From the NCBI GenBank assembly GCA_965208125.1, contig OZ242320.1:128001-192000 (forward strand): 64,000 nucleotides of DNA, written 5' to 3'. Below, one piece after another: positions 43,486 to 52,724 of this stretch (positions are counted from its first letter, which is position 1; the number at the start of each line of letters is the position of its first letter). The translations under genes and the position numbers were made by a program. This stretch comes from Candidatus Latescibacterota bacterium. Its GTDB lineage: Bacteria > Latescibacterota > UBA2968. The notes beneath the pieces were generated by a model. That model saw only the letters and a program-made list of their open reading frames with translations. It did no database searches and was not told where the DNA came from.

Positions 43486-43552
43486 CAGTCAGCGATCAGC
43501 GGTCAGCAGTCAGCAAAACAAGCGATTAGCTGATGGCTGAAAGCTGATAGCT
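43484..43552. repeat. Heptamer inverted array filling the gap between convergent GNAT and trpS stops
   Basis: AGCAGTC AGCGATC AGCGGTC AGCAGTC AGC ... GCTGATG GCTGAAA GCTGATA GCT. Confidence 0.88.
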
Positions 43553-43553
43553 C

Positions 43554-44300
43554 TTACCCCATCAACGCATTATACCCCATCCCCATCACCTCCTTGACGT
43601 GCTCCAGCGTGCGCTGTCCTTCAATACGCGCTCTCGAACCACCCAAATTCAAAATATCGCGCACCAGATCGGGCTGTTCTTCAAAACCCTTGCGGCGTAC
43701 CCGAAACGACGTCATAATTTTACACTGACCATCCGTACCCTTCAAGCGCGTGCCATAAACGCCATCGGGAATGGGAAACACCTCGCCGTAAATCCGATTA
43801 AATCGCGCAGCCACTTCCTGCGCCAGTTCAATATGGGGTCTTTGATCTGGCCCCACCGGCACATATCGCGGACGAAAAAGCAAAATATCCGCCGCCTGAG
43901 ACACCGGATATCCCACAAACCCATAAGGCACCCGGTTCCCCAACCCCATCTTACCCATCTCCTCCTTAACTGTCGGATTCCGCAACAAACGCGGCAACGT
44001 CACCAAATTGGAAAAAATCATGGTTAACTCTGCCAGTTGCGGCACCTGTGATTGCAAAAAACAAACGCTTTTTTTGGGATCAAATCCCGCCGCCAGATAA
44101 TCCAGCACCATTTCTCTGACGTGATGCTCCAGATCCTCTGTCCGATCCCGATGCGTCGTCAGCGCCTGATAATCGGCAATCATAAAAAAACACTGAAACT
44201 CATCCTGCATCTCAAACCGATTCTTCAATGACCCGACATAATGTCCCAAATACATTTTACCCGTCGGACGATCACCTGTTAAAACAATTGTGCGACTCAT
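43554..44300 (-). CDS. trpS: Tryptophanyl-tRNA synthetase homolog with in-frame internal deletion (no KMSKS); possible pseudogene or non-catalytic paralog
   Basis: TGDRPTG, YLGH (HIGH variant), IADYQALT, YPVSQAADI, VPVGPDQ; GTDGQCK joins directly to the C-terminal 'FRVRR' helix; 248 aa. Confidence 0.85.
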   Translation of the reverse strand: MSRTIVLTGDRPTGKMYLGHYVGSLKNRFEMQDEFQCFFMIADYQALTTHRDRTEDLEHHVREMVLDYLAAGFDPKKSVCFLQSQVPQLAELTMIFSNLVTLPRLLRNPTVKEEMGKMGLGNRVPYGFVGYPVSQAADILLFRPRYVPVGPDQRPHIELAQEVAARFNRIYGEVFPIPDGVYGTRLKGTDGQCKIMTSFRVRRKGFEEQPDLVRDILNLGGSRARIEGQRTLEHVKEVMGMGYNALMG

Positions 44301-44487
44301 CTCTGTTCCTTTCTTGAGCGATTAAAATCCATAGTTTCCAAAAAAAACGCGCCACCTTCCGGTAGCGCGCGGTGCAAATAAATAAAAATTGCCAGATATC
44401 CGGTGGTGGACATACATCTCCCATCGCGCCTGTCCACCACCAGCGTCCGCCAATATTAAACAGCTCTGTCATCGCACTCAAAAACAT
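44272..44487 (-). CDS. Trp leader peptide 2 (…MTELFNIGGRWWW…), reading through the terminator
   Basis: TGG x3 at 44434-44442, paired 11/11 with 44402-44412. Confidence 0.7.
   Translation of the reverse strand: MFLSAMTELFNIGGRWWWTGAMGDVCPPPDIWQFLFICTARYRKVARFFWKLWILIAQERNRDESHNCFNR
44340..44369 (-). terminator. Attenuator terminator 2 (proximal to trpS)
   Basis: CGCGCTACC-GGAA-GGTGGCGCG followed by T8. Confidence 0.85.
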
Positions 44488-44501
44488 CGCATAATATCCA
44501 T

Positions 44502-44533
44502 AAAAAAAACCGCCGTCAAAAGCCGACGGCGGT
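44502..44533 (-). terminator. Attenuator terminator 1
   Basis: ACCGCCGTC-7-GACGGCGGT followed by a T tract. Confidence 0.88.
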
Positions 44534-44564
44534 CAATTCAGAATTTTCAAATAAATACAATCCG

Positions 44565-44675
44565 TCAGCAAACCCACACAACGGCACGCCACCAGCCACG
44601 GACGGTTTCAGACACACGGGGAGCCAGCACCCTATCGGGCGTCGCATCAGTCAAAATGTGATCGTGCATAGTCAT
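44565..44675 (-). CDS. Trp leader peptide 1 (36 aa)
   Basis: MTMHDHILTDATPDRVLAPRVSETVRGWWRAVVWVC*, GGGAG SD; GCTGACGG at the stop can pair with CCGTCGGC of the terminator. Confidence 0.8.
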   Translation of the reverse strand: MTMHDHILTDATPDRVLAPRVSETVRGWWRAVVWVC

Positions 44676-44700
44676 AACAAACTCCCGTGAAATATCGCCG

Positions 44701-44748
44701 AAAAAATAACGACTTCAACAACTCGTGTCAAGCCGTTTGATTTTCTTT
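44701..44748. repeat. 48-bp direct repeat, copy 1
   Basis: 42/48 identical to 48202-48249. Confidence 0.9.
44703..44731 (-). promoter_or_regulatory. sigma70-type promoter of the leader/trpS unit
   Basis: TTGACA-17 nt-TATTTT. Confidence 0.6.
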
Positions 44749-46219
44749 AGCTCACGAACCGGAACGAATAGAGCTTCACTGACCGCATCACGACGCGAAG
44801 CCGCAGCGGTCCTCGATCCGTGGGGATCCGACGGCCGGCCCCCTGCCACGACACGCCTGTCTTGATTGCATTGGCGACAATCGTCTCGCACGTCTTCAGC
44901 GTGTAGCCTTCCAGGGGACGCCCCTCCTCGTCCTGCAGCTCGACCAGCAGCCAGCCGCTCCCGCCACAATCTACATTCAGCTCGAGCGCCTGACCGTCGA
45001 ATGCCAGCGGCGGAGTCACAAACTCTCCGCCAGAAAGAGACGCATCCGCCGAGACAAAACCGTCCCGCCTCAGGATCGCCCGGAACAGCCCGGTATTCCA
45101 ACCGTCGCGCACCTCATCATTGTGCCGACTTCCCCGGCCCGAATAATAGATCCACATCTCGGTCTCGGTAAGCACGGGCCAGACATTGGCCATCACCATA
45201 CCACCCGATGGCCCTCCATCCAGCCCCCGGCGGATGAACGGCTCCCGGTCTCCCTGATGCGACCATATGATCCCGTCACGGCTCGTGAGGAGCCGGACGT
45301 CCATCGTGGCTGGAAAATCGGACGCTTCCCAGTGGTAGTAAGCAGCGGGCATCATGAAATACGCATCATCTGCCTCGGGATGCTTGTAAACTGCGTTCGT
45401 GTAGTAATCGACCTGCGGCCTGTCCATCGACCGGGGAGGCAGAGGAGCTTCCAGGTCCAGCGCATCCCCTTCCAGGACGACCAGCGTGGGCTGTGACCAG
45501 GTCTTAAAGTCGGGCGACGTGATCCGACCAACGGATCGGTACCGCTTTCCGAGCTTCATTTCCGCCGCCTCGTCCCGTCGCTGGGTCTCGTGCACCCGCG
45601 TATAGCCTACGTAGAGGTCCAGGCTGTCATCCCAGAAGAAAACATTCTGAGTATCGCACATCTGGTCGGGCGGATTCGGCTGGCCCTCATCATACGTCCA
45701 ATGGATCCCGTCGGGTGAATGCATGGCCCAAAGCCCTGGCAGAACACCGGCCTCAATCTCATCATCCCTGGGATAGTACTTCGACCAGAGCCGGTAGCGC
45801 GAATCAGCGGGCGCGCGTTCGTCTATATAGACCGTCGCGCCCTGCATACTCTGACGCTCATCCAGCGGGGCGACGATGTTGTTGGCGGTGCTACCCTGGA
45901 ACGTGACGAGGTGCATCTCCGGCTTCTGCCAGGAGACCCCGTCTTCGGACTCCGCATAGCAGAGACGAACCGCCCCTTCCTGCGGACCTCCCGATTTCAT
46001 CTGTGCGCCGTACCAGAGCCGGAAGTGCCGCTCCCCTTCCCGGATCACCGTGTTGTACGCCCCAATCCCGAGCTTCTCCCACGGCTTGTCCGCCCGGAGC
46101 ACTGGCTCGGGGGACTGCAAAGGCGGATTCATACGGAGATTGACACCAGAGACTCGATCAAAGAAGCGCGCGTCAATGAAAAGCTGTTTCCGGCTCCCAA
46201 CCTGGACTGCAGCGGCCAT
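44747..46219 (-). CDS. Hypothetical glycosidase-like beta-propeller protein (GH32/43-clan-like)
   Basis: 'QLFID', Asp-box-like 'ESEDGVSW', 'SPDGIHW', 'SRDGIIW'; 'LRRDGFVS', 'LYSFRF'. Confidence 0.65.
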   Translation of the reverse strand: MAAAVQVGSRKQLFIDARFFDRVSGVNLRMNPPLQSPEPVLRADKPWEKLGIGAYNTVIREGERHFRLWYGAQMKSGGPQEGAVRLCYAESEDGVSWQKPEMHLVTFQGSTANNIVAPLDERQSMQGATVYIDERAPADSRYRLWSKYYPRDDEIEAGVLPGLWAMHSPDGIHWTYDEGQPNPPDQMCDTQNVFFWDDSLDLYVGYTRVHETQRRDEAAEMKLGKRYRSVGRITSPDFKTWSQPTLVVLEGDALDLEAPLPPRSMDRPQVDYYTNAVYKHPEADDAYFMMPAAYYHWEASDFPATMDVRLLTSRDGIIWSHQGDREPFIRRGLDGGPSGGMVMANVWPVLTETEMWIYYSGRGSRHNDEVRDGWNTGLFRAILRRDGFVSADASLSGGEFVTPPLAFDGQALELNVDCGGSGWLLVELQDEEGRPLEGYTLKTCETIVANAIKTGVSWQGAGRRIPTDRGPLRLRVVMRSVKLYSFRFVS

Positions 46220-46283
46220 GAGATACCCCTTCCTGTTGTCGATGCCAACTACAAAAAGTTTACCTGATCCATCCTGTACATCC

Positions 46284-47231
46284 CTACACACACGCAAGAG
46301 CGGCCAACAGGGCTTTGATATACCCGACTGAGTAGGCGAGCGCGTGGGTATTGCCAGCAGGCCCATCCCCTTCAAGCGTCGGATAGTGATCGGGATTCAG
46401 ACAGCCGTCGTAACCCACCCGCTTCAACTCGCGCAAGATCTTGAACATGTTCATATCCCCATCGTCGAGCAGGACCTCTTCGAACGCACCGGCGGTTGCA
46501 AAGCTCGCACGCACGTTTCGAAAGTGAACCTCGAAGAGACGTCCCTTTCGCCCGTAGTTGTGAATCTCGTCCAGGACGAGTGGAAGTCCTCCGGCCTCCG
46601 CGCGTGTCCCACAACAGTAGAGGTAACCGACACACGGGTTCGGAAAGGCATCGATCACCCGGTGGAATCCCAGCCCGCCGAAGAGCGCATCCTGCGTCGG
46701 CGGGTCGGAGGGATGCATCATCAGTCTGACGCCTGTGGCTTCCGCGACGGGCACGAGCCGTTCGTAAGCCGCACAGACGCGCCCCCACCGCTGCTCTCGC
46801 ACTGCTATGGCCGGTGGCTCATCCCCCTCTGCGAGTGACAGACTGTCCCCTCGAGCCAGGTAACCACCGCGGTGCGATGCCCGATAGTGTCCAATCATCC
46901 AGGGATCCGTGGAATAGTCGAAGTGCACCCGTCCAAGAGGATAGCCTGCTTCGCCAAGGACCCGGACGGACTCACACGCGATGTCGAGTTCCTCCTCAGC
47001 ACCATCCTCTTCGTCCATGAACCGCTTCGATAGACCGGGCAAACTGATGCGATTCACCTGCAGACCCCAAGAATGAACCCGTTTCTTCATTTTTAGTGCC
47101 TCGTCCAGATCGAAGACGCCACGGTCATCGGTCGGCAATGGCAGGGCATCGACGCAATCGACGCCCAACTGGGTCAGCTGGCGCAACGTCGCATCGGACG
47201 GGTCTTGACACCAGGCAGCTACTTTGATCAT
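46284..47231 (-). CDS. Mannonate dehydratase (UxuA)-family protein
   Basis: HPSDPP, HFRNV, DDGDMNM, PDH, AYSVGYIKAL. Confidence 0.85.
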   Translation of the reverse strand: MIKVAAWCQDPSDATLRQLTQLGVDCVDALPLPTDDRGVFDLDEALKMKKRVHSWGLQVNRISLPGLSKRFMDEEDGAEEELDIACESVRVLGEAGYPLGRVHFDYSTDPWMIGHYRASHRGGYLARGDSLSLAEGDEPPAIAVREQRWGRVCAAYERLVPVAEATGVRLMMHPSDPPTQDALFGGLGFHRVIDAFPNPCVGYLYCCGTRAEAGGLPLVLDEIHNYGRKGRLFEVHFRNVRASFATAGAFEEVLLDDGDMNMFKILRELKRVGYDGCLNPDHYPTLEGDGPAGNTHALAYSVGYIKALLAALACV

Positions 47232-47296
47232 GGGGAACCTCCAGGAAAAGAAGATGAACCAGGAACAGCGAGGAAAAAACGAATGTGGATGAAGCG

Positions 47297-48142
47297 CTAC
47301 CCTCCTTCTGGATGGCGGCCGCCGAGCAATTGAAGCAGGCGATCGCTGGCAGACACCCGCGCATCTTCGGGAATGGGCACCCGGTTCATCCACCCGAACC
47401 GCCGGAACGCCCAGTCAACCGCGTACTGCGACTGCATCAGGTACCGCGTGCGATCGGACCTGTTCGGCGCCCCCCGGTGCCAGCACTGCGGATCCTGCAC
47501 ATAGATGTCTCCTGCCTTGCAGAAAACGGATACGGGACCTTGCCCCTCGAACTCTGGATTCTCCTGGCTGTTCGGATCCTTGCCCGAAAGGTGACTTCCG
47601 GGGACGTACTGTGTGGGCCCATGTTCGATCCGCTCGATATCGCTCAGCGCCATTTGCACGGTAATCCAGAGCACTGGCGGCCGAATCCAGGGATCGTGAC
47701 GGGGCACGCCCTCCGGGACGGGGAAGTGGACCGCACCATCCACGTGCCACCTTTCAATCGCCACGCCGGACTGGTTTCGCAGTACGTTTTGTCCACAGAA
47801 CCGGCAATTGGGTCCGACAATCGCCTCGGCAAGGCTCAGGATCGGTTCCCGAAGAAGCATCTCCCTGAAGATCCCGTCCAGCGCGATCGTGTTCCGCAGG
47901 ATAAACGGTTGATCCCCCTCGCCGTGCATTTGCACGTAGCGGCGGTCATGCAAGCCGAGGTCTTCCTCTTCCGCAAGCAGAGGATCGTCGAGAAGCGCAT
48001 CCGTTCGGTCTCGCAGCGCCTGCATTTCACCTGCTTCGAGCACGCCGGGGATATGCACAAAACCGTCCCTGTGGAAACGGTTGATGATCTCCCGGGTGGT
48101 CTCTTCTCCGAAAGGCTCGCCGGATTGGATCGGACTCGACAA
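47297..48142 (-). CDS. Phytanoyl-CoA dioxygenase (PhyH) family protein
   Basis: FHRDGF, WHVD, GPTQYVPGSH, WHRGAPNRS.RTR. Confidence 0.88.
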   Translation of the reverse strand: MSSPIQSGEPFGEETTREIINRFHRDGFVHIPGVLEAGEMQALRDRTDALLDDPLLAEEEDLGLHDRRYVQMHGEGDQPFILRNTIALDGIFREMLLREPILSLAEAIVGPNCRFCGQNVLRNQSGVAIERWHVDGAVHFPVPEGVPRHDPWIRPPVLWITVQMALSDIERIEHGPTQYVPGSHLSGKDPNSQENPEFEGQGPVSVFCKAGDIYVQDPQCWHRGAPNRSDRTRYLMQSQYAVDWAFRRFGWMNRVPIPEDARVSASDRLLQLLGGRHPEGG

Positions 48143-48201
48143 TGGAATCCTCCTTAAGATGGTCCAGAAGGACGTTAGAACACCCCTCTAATGTATCATC
48201 A

Positions 48202-48249
48202 AAAAAATAGCGACTCCAAAAACTCACGTCAAGCCGTTTGATCTTCTTT
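48202..48249. repeat. 48-bp direct repeat, copy 2 (includes the DUF393 stop and TTGACG-17-TATTTT)
   Basis: 42/48 identical to 44701-44748. Confidence 0.9.
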
Positions 48250-48651
48250 TTTCTCTACTACGCGCTCCCCATAAGACAACTCGCACGTCCCCGTATCGCA
48301 CGCCACGCGACCCGAAAGGTGTCGATATCGCGCAATCAGCGCGTATCCCGCCCGAAAAACGAGATGCAAAACCGGCACGCGGTACAACCAGGCAAACAGA
48401 TGGAAAGGCGGCAGCCTGCGATAGATTTGATACACGGCATCCGCACCTACAAAAATATCCTCTTTGCCCACCACCAGGCGCATACCCGTATTAAAATCCG
48501 ACGACGCCAGCTTTGGAAAATGGTCTTCAATCCCCTGCGTCTGCCTGGGCAAATAATCAAACTGACTGCGTTTGTCTTTCTTTTTCATACGGCGAACGCT
48601 CCAGATACAAAAACGACATTCGCCATCATATACAACAATCGGTTTTTCCAT
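48229..48651 (-). CDS. DCC1/DUF393 thiol-disulfide oxidoreductase-like protein
   Basis: YDGECRFC (DxxCxxC), GADAV, 'Y.LIARYR', C-terminal CxxxxC. Confidence 0.85.
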   Translation of the reverse strand: MEKPIVVYDGECRFCIWSVRRMKKKDKRSQFDYLPRQTQGIEDHFPKLASSDFNTGMRLVVGKEDIFVGADAVYQIYRRLPPFHLFAWLYRVPVLHLVFRAGYALIARYRHLSGRVACDTGTCELSYGERVVEKKEDQTA

Positions 48652-48670
48652 CACGCCTCCGCGAAAAAAC

Positions 48671-49861
48671 CTAACTCCTCGGATAAAACACATCCACCAG
48701 AGTCTCCACATCATCCCAAGCGCAATTGAATCGCTCTTCAAAACTGCGATGGATATTGCGCTCAACCTCTGTCTCGTCGGGCAGCGGGAACACAATCGTC
48801 TCTCGATCGGCCTCTATTGACGCATTCACCGCCAGACTCATCTCCTGATCCAACCGACCCATCGCAGCACCGTAATCCGGCTCGCGATCTTCTCGAACGG
48901 CATTGGCGATACTCAACAACTCATCCGTCACGGCCACTTGCCCTTCACTCAGCGCATAGTTTGCAAATGGATTCTCCCACGCAATCGCACCGCCGGACAA
49001 CTCATAGCGAATCTCGCGCAACACATTTACCCCATTTACCCTTTCCGTCACGCGCACGGGTTCATAAGCCACGCCCTGTGCCCCTGTCTCCAATTCATCT
49101 TTTGGCACAACATACACATTGCCATCCACAATGCTACCCGCTGTCCCGTCAATCTCATCCATACCAGCTTGCTTGCGCCCGAGTGAACGCGCGTGAATCA
49201 CATTGGAATACACCATAAGTGCAGCCACATCATTGTCGAATTCTAAAAAACTCAAACTCCATCTTTCCAACTCGTGATGCCGTTTCATGCGATCTATATG
49301 TGGAATCACGGGCGTTGTATGGCTCAACCCAATCACCTGCCTGGGATTGCCACCGGCCAACACGCGCAACAAACTCATCCCGTGATACCCGCCCTCGTGA
49401 CATATCCGATAGATCCGTCCAATCTCTCCGATAACATCCGATACGAGCACCTGCTTCTTCAATCGCTCAATCGGCGCGCGATAATAATTCTCGGCCACCT
49501 CCAGATAAACGCCCGCATCTCGCGCCGCTCGAATCATCAAATCCGCTGCCGGTCGAGTCATAGCAATAGGCGTCTCCACAACCTGATGCACACCAGCTTG
49601 CGCCAAAAAACAGCAAATCGCATGGTGCGCCACGCCTGGCACCACCACATCGGCAACATCGATATCTTCATTATCGACCAGGTCGCGCACACTCGTATAA
49701 GCCCTTACCCCGTGTTCTGCTGCCAAACCCTGGGCTGTTTCCTCATCCTTATCGCAAATGGCGACAAAGTCAAAAACATCTGCCAACTGCACAATCACAG
49801 GCAAATGCGCCCCTGCACCGCGCCGCCCGGCGCCCACAAGTGCAATTTTGAGACGAGCCAT
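48671..49861 (-). CDS. Gfo/Idh/MocA family oxidoreductase
   Basis: VGAGRRG, ETPIA, VAENY. Confidence 0.88.
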   Translation of the reverse strand: MARLKIALVGAGRRGAGAHLPVIVQLADVFDFVAICDKDEETAQGLAAEHGVRAYTSVRDLVDNEDIDVADVVVPGVAHHAICCFLAQAGVHQVVETPIAMTRPAADLMIRAARDAGVYLEVAENYYRAPIERLKKQVLVSDVIGEIGRIYRICHEGGYHGMSLLRVLAGGNPRQVIGLSHTTPVIPHIDRMKRHHELERWSLSFLEFDNDVAALMVYSNVIHARSLGRKQAGMDEIDGTAGSIVDGNVYVVPKDELETGAQGVAYEPVRVTERVNGVNVLREIRYELSGGAIAWENPFANYALSEGQVAVTDELLSIANAVREDREPDYGAAMGRLDQEMSLAVNASIEADRETIVFPLPDETEVERNIHRSFEERFNCAWDDVETLVDVFYPRS

Positions 49862-49991
49862 AACATCCCTCCAATAAAGTTTGTTTTCGCCATTCTGCCA
49901 ATGATCTCACATCAATCTGCTTGCGGAATTTTTATCTTAACCTATCTTGGCGATAAATCAAACAATAATCAACACAAAAGAGGAGTAACCC

Positions 49992-50408
49992 ATGTCGCAA
50001 AATAAAACCATAGGAGGTGGGGGCTTTCACCACGTTGCAATTCGCGCCCACGACTTTGAAGCATCCGTACAATTTTATACCGAAGCTCTGGGATTTCAAA
50101 AAAAAATCGCCTGGGGCGAAAGCAAAAGACGCGCCATCATGCTCGACACTGGAGATGGAAATTACCTCGAAATTTTCGCCAATGGAACAGATGAACCCAA
50201 ACCGGAAGGGTCCATCATCCACTTTGCACTGCGCACCAGCGATTGCGACGCCGCTATCGAACGCGCTAGAGCGGCCGGCGCCCAAATTACCGTAGAACCC
50301 AAAGACGTCGAAATCCCCAGCGAACCCCACAAAACCCCTGTACGCATCGCCTTTTGCAAAGGCCCCGATGACGAAATCATCGAATTTTTTCAAAACGAAT
50401 TGACGTGA
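49992..50408 (+). CDS. VOC/glyoxalase family protein
   Basis: HHVAI, FY..LGF, HFAL, GPDDEIIE. Confidence 0.9.
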   Translation: MSQNKTIGGGGFHHVAIRAHDFEASVQFYTEALGFQKKIAWGESKRRAIMLDTGDGNYLEIFANGTDEPKPEGSIIHFALRTSDCDAAIERARAAGAQITVEPKDVEIPSEPHKTPVRIAFCKGPDDEIIEFFQNELT

Positions 50409-50441
50409 TCAACTTACATCTGCCGGGGAAAAGGAAAAATC

Positions 50442-50864
50442 ATGAACAAAATTATACCTGTTTTGTGTCTGATATTCGCAATCATCGCATGCGGTGACGA
50501 CAACCCCGCCGATTCGGGACAACCTGTCGTCAATCAAACATTTGATCTGTCGAGTGGATCAATTGAAGACTTTCGCTTTACCGTTGACACCGACATACAG
50601 CTAAACGTCATCCTCCAGGGAGAATTTAGCGTTGAGAACGGCACGGTTCAGATGGCCGTTATGAGCGAATTCCAGTATCAAAACTGGTTAGAAGGGGGAA
50701 CGCCCCTCGTACTTTACAGCCCGGGCGAAACATCTGGAGAAACCTTTCGCTTATCCATTGATGAGAGTGACACCTACTACATTGTTTTTCGCAACGCAGG
50801 TGCAAATACCGTAACGATCAAAGCCGAAATTTTTCTGCTCAGTACCGCCGAGCAAGACATTTAG
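50442..50864 (+). CDS. Hypothetical lipoprotein (beta-sandwich)
   Basis: Lipobox IIAC-GDDNP; beta-rich 'TYYIVFRN'. Confidence 0.7.
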   Translation: MNKIIPVLCLIFAIIACGDDNPADSGQPVVNQTFDLSSGSIEDFRFTVDTDIQLNVILQGEFSVENGTVQMAVMSEFQYQNWLEGGTPLVLYSPGETSGETFRLSIDESDTYYIVFRNAGANTVTIKAEIFLLSTAEQDI

Positions 50865-50938
50865 ACTACCCGGAAAAATTCCTGCCCGTGCTTATCAGAT
50901 ATGCGTCACTGAAACGCATTTCTATCCCAATTTTCCGA

Positions 50939-50967
50939 TTGACGAAACAAGAAGAACCAGTTATAAT
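50939..50967 (+). promoter_or_regulatory. Near-consensus sigma70 promoter of the frd operon
   Basis: TTGACG-17 nt-TATAAT. Confidence 0.8.
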
Positions 50968-51007
50968 TATTCCTCTTCATTATCAATCACAGTTAAACGA
51001 GGTATTT

Positions 51008-52714
51008 ATGAACATCCCCAGGCATGACGTGCTCTTAGTAGGTGGAGGGGGTGCGGGCCTGCGTGCTGCAATCGCCGCATCTGAAACATATCAAGACGCA
51101 GATATTGGCGTAGTCTCCAAAGTCTATCCCATGCGAAGTCATACCGTCTCTGCCGAAGGCGGCACGGCAGCGGTCATGCGAGAAGACGACAACCTGGACC
51201 TGCATGCTTATGACACCATCAAGGGCAGCGACTTTCTCTGCGATCAGGATGTCGTAGAAGCCTTTGTCAAAGAAGCCGTTGATGAAGTCATCCAATTAGA
51301 ACATTGGGGGTGTCCCTGGAGCCGAGACGAAGACGGTCGCGTAAGCGTCCGCGCATTTGGTGGCATGAGTGTTAAACGCACGCTCTATGCGGCCGACAAA
51401 ACCGGTTTCCACATGTTGCACGCCCTCTTTCAAACATCTCTCAAATACGACGCCATTACCCGATACGACGAATGGTTCGTCACCTCTTTACTCGTCGAAG
51501 ATGGCAGGGTATGCGGCGTCACCGCTCTCAACATCCGATCCGGCAACATTCACGCCATTGGCGCAAAATCCGTCATTATATGCACGGGTGGCGCGGGCAA
51601 AATTTTTCCATTTACCACCAATGCCGCCATCAAAAACGGCGATGGAATGGCTCTTGCCTATCGCATTGGCTGTCCACTAAAAGACCTCGAATTTGTACAA
51701 TATCATCCCACGGGCTTGCCCGGCACCGGCATCTTAATGACCGAAGCTTCTCGGGGCGAAGGCGGTCACCTCGTCAACAGCCAAGGCGAACGCTACCTCA
51801 GCGAATACGTCCCCGGCAAAATGGAACTCGGTCCGCGCGACATCTTATCTCGCTCCTTTATTCACGAACAGCGCAAGGGCAACGTCTTTGAAGGTCCTGA
51901 TGGCAGCTACGTTCACCTCGACCTTCGGCACCTGGGTGAAAAAATCATTGACGAAAGACTGCCCTTCGTACGCGAACTTACCCGCAATTACGTCGGCATT
52001 GATCCGGTTCACGAACCCATTCCCGTGCGCCCAGTTGTCCACTACTGCATGGGCGGCGTACATACCGACATTGATGGTGCAACACCCATCCCCGGTCTTT
52101 ATGCTGCAGGTGAGGCGGCTTGTGTTAGCCTCAATGGAGCCAATCGCCTGGGATCCAACTCACTGAGCGAATGCCTCGTCTTCGGCGCGCGCGCAGGCCT
52201 GGTAGCCGCGCAACACGCCGCCGATACCGACTTTGCAGATTCGACCTCAATGGCCAAAATGGCGCAAGACGAGCAAAAACGCATTGAAACCCAATTCTTT
52301 GGCAATAACGGCAAAGAGCGCGTGGCCAATATCCGCGATGATCTCCGCAAAACTATGGAAGAAGGCGCGGGCATTTTCCGAACCGAAGACGCGCTCAAAG
52401 CCACGTGTGACACCATTCGCACCCTCAAAGAACGCTATAAAAATATCGGCATAGACGACCACTCGCGCGTCTTCAATACCGATCTCATCAACGCCCTCGA
52501 ACTGGGTTACATGCTCGACGTCGCCGAAGGACTCGCACACTCGGCCCTCTTGCGGCGCGAATCTCGAGGCTCTCACGCGCGATCAGACTATGAAGAGCGC
52601 GACGACGAAAACTTCCTCAAACACTCTCTGGCCTATCAAACCGATGGCGACCCCCGCATCGAGTACCTGCCCGTAACACTCACGCGCTGGGAACCCGAAG
52701 AACGAACCTATTAA
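51008..52714 (+). CDS. frdA: Fumarate reductase/succinate dehydrogenase flavoprotein
   Basis: [16 protein letters not shown] (covalent FAD His), [21 protein letters not shown]. Confidence 0.9.
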   Translation: MNIPRHDVLLVGGGGAGLRAAIAASETYQDADIGVVSKVYPMRSHTVSAEGGTAAVMREDDNLDLHAYDTIKGSDFLCDQDVVEAFVKEAVDEVIQLEHWGCPWSRDEDGRVSVRAFGGMSVKRTLYAADKTGFHMLHALFQTSLKYDAITRYDEWFVTSLLVEDGRVCGVTALNIRSGNIHAIGAKSVIICTGGAGKIFPFTTNAAIKNGDGMALAYRIGCPLKDLEFVQYHPTGLPGTGILMTEASRGEGGHLVNSQGERYLSEYVPGKMELGPRDILSRSFIHEQRKGNVFEGPDGSYVHLDLRHLGEKIIDERLPFVRELTRNYVGIDPVHEPIPVRPVVHYCMGGVHTDIDGATPIPGLYAAGEAACVSLNGANRLGSNSLSECLVFGARAGLVAAQHAADTDFADSTSMAKMAQDEQKRIETQFFGNNGKERVANIRDDLRKTMEEGAGIFRTEDALKATCDTIRTLKERYKNIGIDDHSRVFNTDLINALELGYMLDVAEGLAHSALLRRESRGSHARSDYEERDDENFLKHSLAYQTDGDPRIEYLPVTLTRWEPEERTY

Positions 52715-52724
52715 AGGAAAATTT

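Noticed and set aside
44340-44700. T-box riboswitch upstream of trpS
   Set aside because: No T-box consensus (AAnnnGGGTGGnACC) or specifier stem found; Trp-codon leaders explain the hairpins.
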